DNA of 63,919 bases, counting the filler, from Octopus bimaculoides (lineage: Eukaryota): the NCBI RefSeq assembly GCF_001194135.2. It is 7 parts of 7 records of this genome, joined end to end, with 100 filler letters (N's around TTAATTAATTAA, not from the genome) between each part and the next. Parts side by side here need not be neighbours in the genome. Positions count along the whole stretch, not along the records: positions 53,971 to 59,215 come from NC_068998.1; positions 59,316 to 62,380 come from NW_026355172.1; positions 62,481 to 63,919 come from NW_026354721.1; 4 more parts are not named here. One strand, written 5' to 3'. A program made the translations under genes and the position numbers. The notes under the pieces were generated by a model. That model was not told where the DNA came from, did not search any database, and worked only from the letters and a program-made list of their open reading frames with translations. Shown piece after piece: positions 57,212 through 63,919 of this stretch (its first letter is position 1; the number at the start of each line of letters is the position of its first letter).

Positions 57212-57332
57212 CACAATAAGAGTAGAAAATTAAGAGAAATTTTCTACCAGTGGCTTGCATATGTAATAAAGTCAATTAACAACATATTTTTCATATAAAA
57301 TAGTGTACGTATTTATACACAAAAGAGGTGAC

Positions 57333-57706
57333 CTTTAACAGGACACCTTACATGATAGCAAAAGGCCGTTAAAACTCAATCAACGAATAAGAGTAATTTG
57401 AAAAAGTAAAATAAATATTTCTGTAGTTACACCTAGACTCGAGTTTCTGCTTTAATGTGCAAATAAATTAATTTGCCGTCCGTGCTTCTTCAGTAAAAGG
57501 CGCTAAGATTAATGCATATTTGTGCAGCACGGAGAATACAAGCGTTACATTCTCATGACAAATTAATTGATTTGCACTTTAATGCAGAAACTCGATTCTA
57601 GTGGTAATTATAAAAATATATTTATTTTTCATTCCCTTTGAAATTACTCTTATTCGTGTTTTGGGCTTTAACTGCCCTTTCTAGTATGTAAGGTGTCCTG
57701 TTAAAG
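57333..57706. mobile_element. Foldback/MITE with ~145-bp inverted arms and TTAA flanks
   Basis: Outer 20 bp identical in inverse (ctttaacaggacaccttaca). Arms 57333-57475 and 57559-57706 around an 83-bp spacer. TTAA at 57335-38 and 57701-04. Confidence 0.9.
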
Positions 57707-57900
57707 AGACAACTGATGAAGGGAAATATTTTTTTATGTTGCATGTCTCGTTTCTCTGTTTTTTCGTTTTCTGTTTTCGTTTCTCATTGTGTTTAAGGTT
57801 GGTTTTTTTGTGTGTGATGTCCTGTACCCATATATGCATGTATGTATACATATAGATGTAGGTATTTACATATATGTATGGATACATTATTTATATTATC
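57707..57900 (+). repeat. 5'-truncated second copy of the repeat carrying the 44.8-kb hammerhead
   Basis: gacaactgatgaagggaaata...tttatgttgcat aligns with 44797-44838; the GUC and GAAAC strands are absent. Confidence 0.75.
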
Positions 57901-59141
57901 ATATGATCAAACGCCACGCATCCTTCTCCAAGTAAGTATATATACACATACATATATATATATATGGTGAAGGGAACCAGTGAAATAAATACACAGGACA
58001 GGAAAGGGTTTACCACGTTAAGCATGATTTAACAAGCATGTTTGATTTAGACTGATTGCCAACCATCTAGAATAAAGCAAATGGGAATATATGATATGTG
58101 CTTAAAATGACAGCACATCCATCTGCTGCGATATACAAATAAACACAGGCACATTCACATAAAGATACACAAATAAAAACCACAACACAACACACAGATA
58201 CATTTACCAATGCAGACACACACACAGCATCAATGGCACAGAAATGCATGCTTATACCAGACACAGAAACGCACACCGAAATCTACACAGATTCTACGTG
58301 CTCTGAGGAGTAATAATAGATTTAATATTTAGATATCTCAAACTTGTCACTCCAGGTTACTAGTGTCAATAAGAAGCTAATATAAACATCTAATTTAATC
58401 TTTAAATTATATCCAGTGATATTTCTTTGAACCTTTTAATCCATTCTGTGCGAGATTTGTTGTAAAAGTACACGAAACGTAAGCCTTACAATAATGATTC
58501 TCAACAGAGATTCATATAGCATTTGTCGGTTCATAAGGGTCCGTTCTTAACATTTATCTACTATAAGCTGATTTTATAAAGCACAACATATTTTAATTTT
58601 TTAATCCAGTTCTTAAGAAAATTTAATTATAAAACAAGGTTGGATTCTTATATATATATATATATATATATAGAATGGCTATGGAGGTCGCGTGATAAAA
58701 AAAATAGGAACCAATGAGAACCATTGCCTTAAGGATTTCTGAAAGTAGTTTAGACGTGGCACAGGTCTGCCAAATCAACGATCTGGCTTTCAATCAACTG
58801 CCCTGTAGGAGAGTCCATCTCCGTCAAAATGCCGGTAAATAGCAGGCATCAATGAATATATTCTCAAACAGGCTAGGATTACGAGTTTCAATTTGTTTGC
58901 GTGCGCACGATGTGAAAAGTGAGAAATTCTTGACATATGTGCGATGACACAAATGTGAATGCACATATGTCAATACACTCACACACGCATACACACAAAC
59001 ACATACACAAGCACACCAACACACACACACACACACACTGTTGTATATACACAGACACACACATACACCAAAATATAATTCTGTATTTGTGTGTGCGTGT
59101 GTGTGTGTGTGTGCGTCTGTGTCTATATGGGTGTATGTGTA

Positions 59142-59215
<74 letters not shown>

Positions 59216-59479
59216 NNNNNNNNNNNNNNNNNNNNNNNNNNNNNNNNNNNNNNNNNNNNTTAATTAATTAANNNNNNNNNNNNNNNNNNNNNNNNNNNNN
59301 NNNNNNNNNNNNNNNCTGAAGCTCTGCAAAGAATGGAAATGCCACTATCATTGGAAAGCAGGATGGTAGTAGGGAATGAAATGCATGCATAAAAGAATAC
59401 TTTGTCGTCAAATTTTTTCCCCACTTTCTTGAAGTTATCAAACAAGGAGCGCTTCCTGCTGTAGTTCCGTTCTAACTAG

Positions 59480-59670
59480 AGTTAGAGTCGGATTTCAAGG
59501 TTGAGGTTTAGGGTCAAACTCAGGATGTACGGCTAGAATTAGGGTTTAGGGTTGAGCTTTGGAATTACAATAAGGGTCTAGGGTTTAGGATTTAGGGTTA
59601 GAGTAGGGTTTTGCGTTGGAGTTTAAGATTTGAATTAGGGTTTAGGATTAGGCTGAGGGTTTAGCGTTGG
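59480..59670 (+). repeat. Degenerate interstitial (T)TTAGGG-like array
   Basis: Several ttaggg and tttaggg units mixed with variants (ttagga, ctaggg, ttagag). Confidence 0.75.
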
Positions 59671-59689
59671 TGTATAGGGTCTCTCTGAC

Positions 59690-59870
59690 CAGTGGTTGAT
59701 CTGGGGTTAATCAATTAGTTACATTCTTAGTGAACATTTTTTTATAGTTTTCTGGGACAAGTAAATACGAAAATCAGATTCAATGAGAACTTACATCAAC
59801 ATACCAAATTTGAAAATTTTAAATTTCAAACACTGTCACAGCAACAGAAAAGACCCATTAGTTTTTCTGT
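59690..59870. mobile_element. MITE-like repeat fragment (same family as 30290-30410)
   Basis: acttacatcaacataccaaatttgaaa...ctgtcacagcaacagaaaaga. Confidence 0.6.
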
Positions 59871-60348
59871 CTAACAAAAGAATGCAAAACAAACGTTCGA
59901 ACAGGCATGCAAACAATTTAAATAGAAAAAGTCCTCAATGAAGTTTGTTTGCGAATAAATTGTAATAAATACTGTAATAAGTTGTAATAATATTGTTCAG
60001 TTCATGTAAACAATTAATACATTTTTTTAATCGAAAATTCAAAAACGAAAGTTCAGAATATCGGTACATTGTGGTTGTAATAGTTTTAAGCAGATAACAG
60101 CTTGGCTTGTTACTTGTGGAGACAGGCAGCAATATGTCTGTGGCTTACGACTGGCTAAAATTGCCCAAAATAGGCAAATTTTAAAAAGCTAATAATTTTG
60201 TTATTAATTTATGGCAAAAATGAATTTCATTTCCATAATTAGCATGCATAACTACATCAATACACCAAATTTGAAATCAACTGTAACAAAATTGAAGGAA
60301 TTGAAAAGTGAAAGCCTAAGAGAAAAAGACCACAAAGGTTTTAGACTT

Positions 60349-61167
60349 TTAATAAATGCTTGCATAATCAATAGTGCTCACTTTGTGGTTCTGTTGAGTG
60401 CTGTATCTTGTCTGTGTTGAATGTTCCCTTTGTTCAAAGGGAGCTGATGATAATAAAAATTTCATGCGTTCATGAACAATTTGCAAGTCATCCTCTTGTC
60501 CAGTATATTCTGTCAGATCTGACAAGTCCTGAAACCATTCGATACGGAAGTTAAATACAGTTGTCCCCGTATAAAGAGCAGCTGCCGCTATAAGACTTGG
60601 TCTATAGTAATTTCTTACGGTGAGAAAGTCATCATATAGCACTAGTTCCACTATATAGTTCATCAAATGAAACAAATCGTGACGAGGTTTTAATTTGAGA
60701 ATAACCTGGAAATACGAAATGAAGATATAGGGAGTCATAAAAAACATCCTACCATGAAAACATTCAGAAACCGAAATGTACATGTTACGAAGCTCCTCCT
60801 CTGAAGACTCTGGGTCGACTGCAGCAGTCATGTGAATAATATTCAAACCCTCATCTGTTATACGAAGAAGCATCGTGTCAAAAGCAATTCTAAGACATGT
60901 TGCTCCAACACATTGCAGTTTTTCGCTTGAAATCGGTGGTGAGTTTCTAGAAGACAGGAATAAGTCAAATAATACAACTGATAGGTGGAGAACTTCCAGA
61001 GGAGCGCTGAAATGATCTGCGCATGCTATCATCCAGTTAACCACAGCCTTACGATCTCCAGGATGAAAACGATGGCGACCTTCTTGAAAATAATCACGGA
61101 CTTTCTTTTGCCGTCTTTCCATAAAACCTACCGAGTCTAATCTTCCAGCAACAACTGCAAAATCCAT
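60349..61167 (-). CDS. Divergent intronless cyclin (A/B-type cyclin fold), 272 aa
   Basis: Uninterrupted ORF with accATGg start. Cyclin box DRKAVVNWM, EVLHLSVVLFDLFLS, KLQCVGATCLRIA. Second fold YRPSLIAAAALY. C-terminal RYS..NHKVST. Confidence 0.9.
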   Translation of the reverse strand: MDFAVVAGRLDSVGFMERRQKKVRDYFQEGRHRFHPGDRKAVVNWMIACADHFSAPLEVLHLSVVLFDLFLSSRNSPPISSEKLQCVGATCLRIAFDTMLLRITDEGLNIIHMTAAVDPESSEEELRNMYISVSECFHGRMFFMTPYIFISYFQVILKLKPRHDLFHLMNYIVELVLYDDFLTVRNYYRPSLIAAAALYTGTTVFNFRIEWFQDLSDLTEYTGQEDDLQIVHERMKFLLSSAPFEQREHSTQTRYSTQQNHKVSTIDYASIY

Positions 61168-61499
61168 GGTCGTTCTTCTGCGAAATTAAACGTAACTCTT
61201 TTGTTTAGAAAGTACAGTGAAGTGTCAAGCGACGAAAATCAAAAACATTTCTCACTTGATTACGTCATTCAAACGTAACAATCAGTAAATGTCGTTCCAG
61301 TTTATTTCAATAATCAAAATCTTCAGTTGTATTTTCGATATTAAACTATTTATTGTTCTTTAACATTTGAAGTGTACTAAATTGATTGTTATTTACAATA
61401 TGATAGTTAAGCAATATATAACATTGAAATTATATAATTGAACATGTGTTACAATTCAGTTACGTAAATAGCATGAAATAATTTAAAATCAATTTAATG

Positions 61500-62110
61500 C
61501 ATAAAATTATCATAATAAAATTGCAAGGCATAACCTTTATGATACTTGGGCCTATAAAACACACAAATCATAATTCTAACCTATTTGCAAAGGGTATCAT
61601 TCTGTATTCTGGGAATGCAATCTGTTATCGATGCAGAGTGCATCTACGTCTGAGCGATAATCCCGTGGATCGTATGTAGTTTTGGTGCCAGCCCGAGCAT
61701 CTTATGACATAAATTAGGTTTTCTGAAGCACAAGTAAAGTCAGATTTGATTTTGAATTTTTGTCCTTCTTTGAAAAGGAATTCTGATCCTTCTAGAATGT
61801 TTGGGCATGTTGCGCAATTTGGTCGACCACATTTTTTCACTTTTACATCTATTATTTTGGAAAATAATTTTGCCTTAGTGAGGATCTTTTTTCGTGATTT
61901 CGGTTGTTTGTAGCTTTTAGTGATTTTATGTGTGTGTAAAATTTCCTTTAATTTGGAGTCCTTATGTAGCATTGGTAAATTTTGGGGGAAGACAAGGGTG
62001 TTATTTTCCTTGATTTCCGGAACATAGTTGTGCTTTAAACAGCGAATGGTATATTGAGACATTCAGAAATCTTTGAGTAGCAATCACGAGTAAGAAGCCG
62101 AATAAGAATC
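61500..62110 (-). mobile_element. Penelope/Neptune-type element 3' fragment (Zn finger plus GIY-YIG)
   Basis: KQPKSRKKILTKAK, KKCGRPNCATCPNI, FTCASENLIYVIRC...YIRSTG..LRRR..LHR*QI..PEYR. Confidence 0.9.
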
Positions 62111-62194
62111 TGCAAACAATTAACATTCACGATGACAATATGCAGCTCCACACACCTTTAGCGACAAGGCCCCAACTTTCCACCACATCTACAT

Positions 62195-62345
62195 TGAAAC
62201 TTTGGACCAAAACCAGTCAAGCTATCCAGTGGTTCAATTCTCTACGCCCGAAGTACACCTTTGAATATATACAAATCGACATTGATCAATACTACTCCAG
62301 CCTATACCCTATTCGTCTAACTAAGGCCCTAGTTTTCGCCAAAAA
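62195..62345 (+). mobile_element. Naiad-like Penelope RT fragment
   Basis: LWTKTSQAIQWFNSL..KYTFEYIQIDIDQYYSS...LTKALVFAK, homologous to 5560-5690. Confidence 0.75.
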
Positions 62346-63250
62346 CATTCCAACTTCCCTTGTGACAATATTGATATATTNNNNNNNNNNNNNNNNNNNN
62401 NNNNNNNNNNNNNNNNNNNNNNNNTTAATTAATTAANNNNNNNNNNNNNNNNNNNNNNNNNNNNNNNNNNNNNNNNNNNNGGCATTACTACACAGTTAAT
62501 GCCCTTTATATATAATTATATATATATATAGTTACAAGTGATGCTATCTGTGGGATTCTCAACTTTTTAGCTGCTATTTCTGAACTTCGGTATATGGTGA
62601 AGCAAATATTTGCTGATCCCTTAATTATATTTATAAATATATATGAGCTTTTAAATAAGTTCTCCACCAATAATGGTGCTTTCATACCGATGGGCTTGGT
62701 AAAAATTATTAATTGTTAATTGATTTATTAATTAATAAATTGATAATCCTTTACCCTTTTAATTTGTATATATATATATATATATATATATTTAAATACA
62801 TTATATGCATATATACTTATACGCGTAGATATATATTGCTATTTTTTTTATCTGCAGACGTTAAAAATTAACTCAAAGGTGCGATAAGTGTCATGCACGA
62901 AACTCTTGCTACTCGAGTCAATTTGAGTCTCCACCAGGTTAAAAATTAAATATGCACAAATACACATACATACATACATACATACATACATGCATGTATG
63001 GATGGGATTGACTCGTGAAACAATGCCTCAAAAATAAATAAATTTCTGTCATTTGGTTCCGCCATCCTTACGACCCTTCACAACGAGACTCAATTTGCCT
63101 TTTTTTTTTTTCCTACAAAGCAATTTAACAAAACGAAATAAAAACACACACAAAAAATAACGAATACTAAGTAAAAAAAAAAAAATCATATACAAACAAA
63201 CAAATAAATGAATAAGAGAAAAACAAATGCTCAAGACAAGATGATGCAAG

Positions 63251-63371
63251 CACAGCAGCTGTTGAAAGACACTATTGCGAATGGTGTAGCAGTTCACAGT
63301 CGCTGTGAAGCACTGCAGCTGTTAACAGTAGCTGCTGCGAAGAAAGATCGCAGCCGTTAACAGCAGCTGTG
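63251..63371. ncRNA. Two related tandem ~60-nt hairpins (pre-miRNA-like)
   Basis: Units 63251-63307 and 63311-63371 are similar to each other and each folds back on itself. Confidence 0.35.
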
Positions 63372-63629
63372 GTGGAAACGTCTGCAGATGCTAAGCAGCT
63401 TCTACCTGGTCGCTAGGTCTGCTGAAAATGGTTGCTAATAACTTCCTCAAATTACATCCGATATTCGTAAAAAGTAACTGATTCACTGAGAAAGTAAATC
63501 ATAAACATACTAAGGATGGCATGGTCACGGTTGGCATGCCTTTGATTACAAGTCTGCTCAATAAGAGTTGATCTAAGATTAGAGAATATTGGTTACAAAT
63601 TTTTGACAGAAGAGCAGCAATTTTCGCGT

Positions 63630-63900
63630 GCAGTGGGATAAGTCTATGGATCGAACTCAGAGCGAAACGGCTACTTAATCGATCCCGAAAAGATGAACGC
63701 AAAGTCAACCATGGTGGGACTTGAATTCAGAACATAAAGAGCCCCCACCCCGCCAAGAAAAAAAAATGAAAATAATATCAAATTTAAAAAATAATAAAAT
63801 TGAGACTGATGCTTTATTTATCGGCCGCAGAAGGAAAAGTAAATTTGAGGATTTGAACCCAGAACACGTAAATTCAGAGCATTTCACGTGAAGCAGCTTG
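63630..63900 (-). mobile_element. Highly degenerate CORE-SINE remnants
   Basis: tacttaatcgatcccgaaaagatgaacgcaaagtcaacc...ttgaattcagaac; a second relic tttatcggccgcagaaggaaaag...ggatttgaacccagaac. Confidence 0.55.
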
Positions 63901-63919
63901 ACTTATACTCTAACAGTTT

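Noticed and set aside
63263-63271. TGAAAGACA match to the miR-71 5' end
   Set aside because: Only 9 nt match, and its position in the hairpin is incompatible with a miR-71 precursor.

Overview
AT-rich eukaryotic DNA, heavily gapped (N runs, six TTAATTAATTAA gap pads) and saturated with microsatellites. The abundant tRNA-derived CORE-SINEs suggest an octopus genome (inference; no database search run). Most long ORFs in the track are microsatellite or N artefacts. Interpretable content: (i) one intact, intronless, highly divergent cyclin A/B-type ORF (60349-61167, minus) lacking the conserved CDK-contact Lys/Glu; (ii) decayed retroelements: a near full-length Naiad-like Penelope element, a near full-length HERO-clade LINE, R4/Dong 3' halves, and RTE, CR1/L2, L1/Tx1 and Penelope fragments; (iii) Tc1/mariner remnants and a TTAA-flanked foldback element; (iv) about a dozen SINEs. 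Best leads: a hammerhead ribozyme at 44749-44812 whose three strands are in a non-circularly permuted order, the CDK-contact-deficient cyclin, two tandem pre-miRNA-like hairpins at 63251-63371, a small signal-peptide ORF at 24680-24829, and a diverged ~268-bp tandem promoter-like duplication at 27050-27595. All family assignments come from manual motif reading. Element boundaries are approximate unless TSDs or TIRs are quoted.
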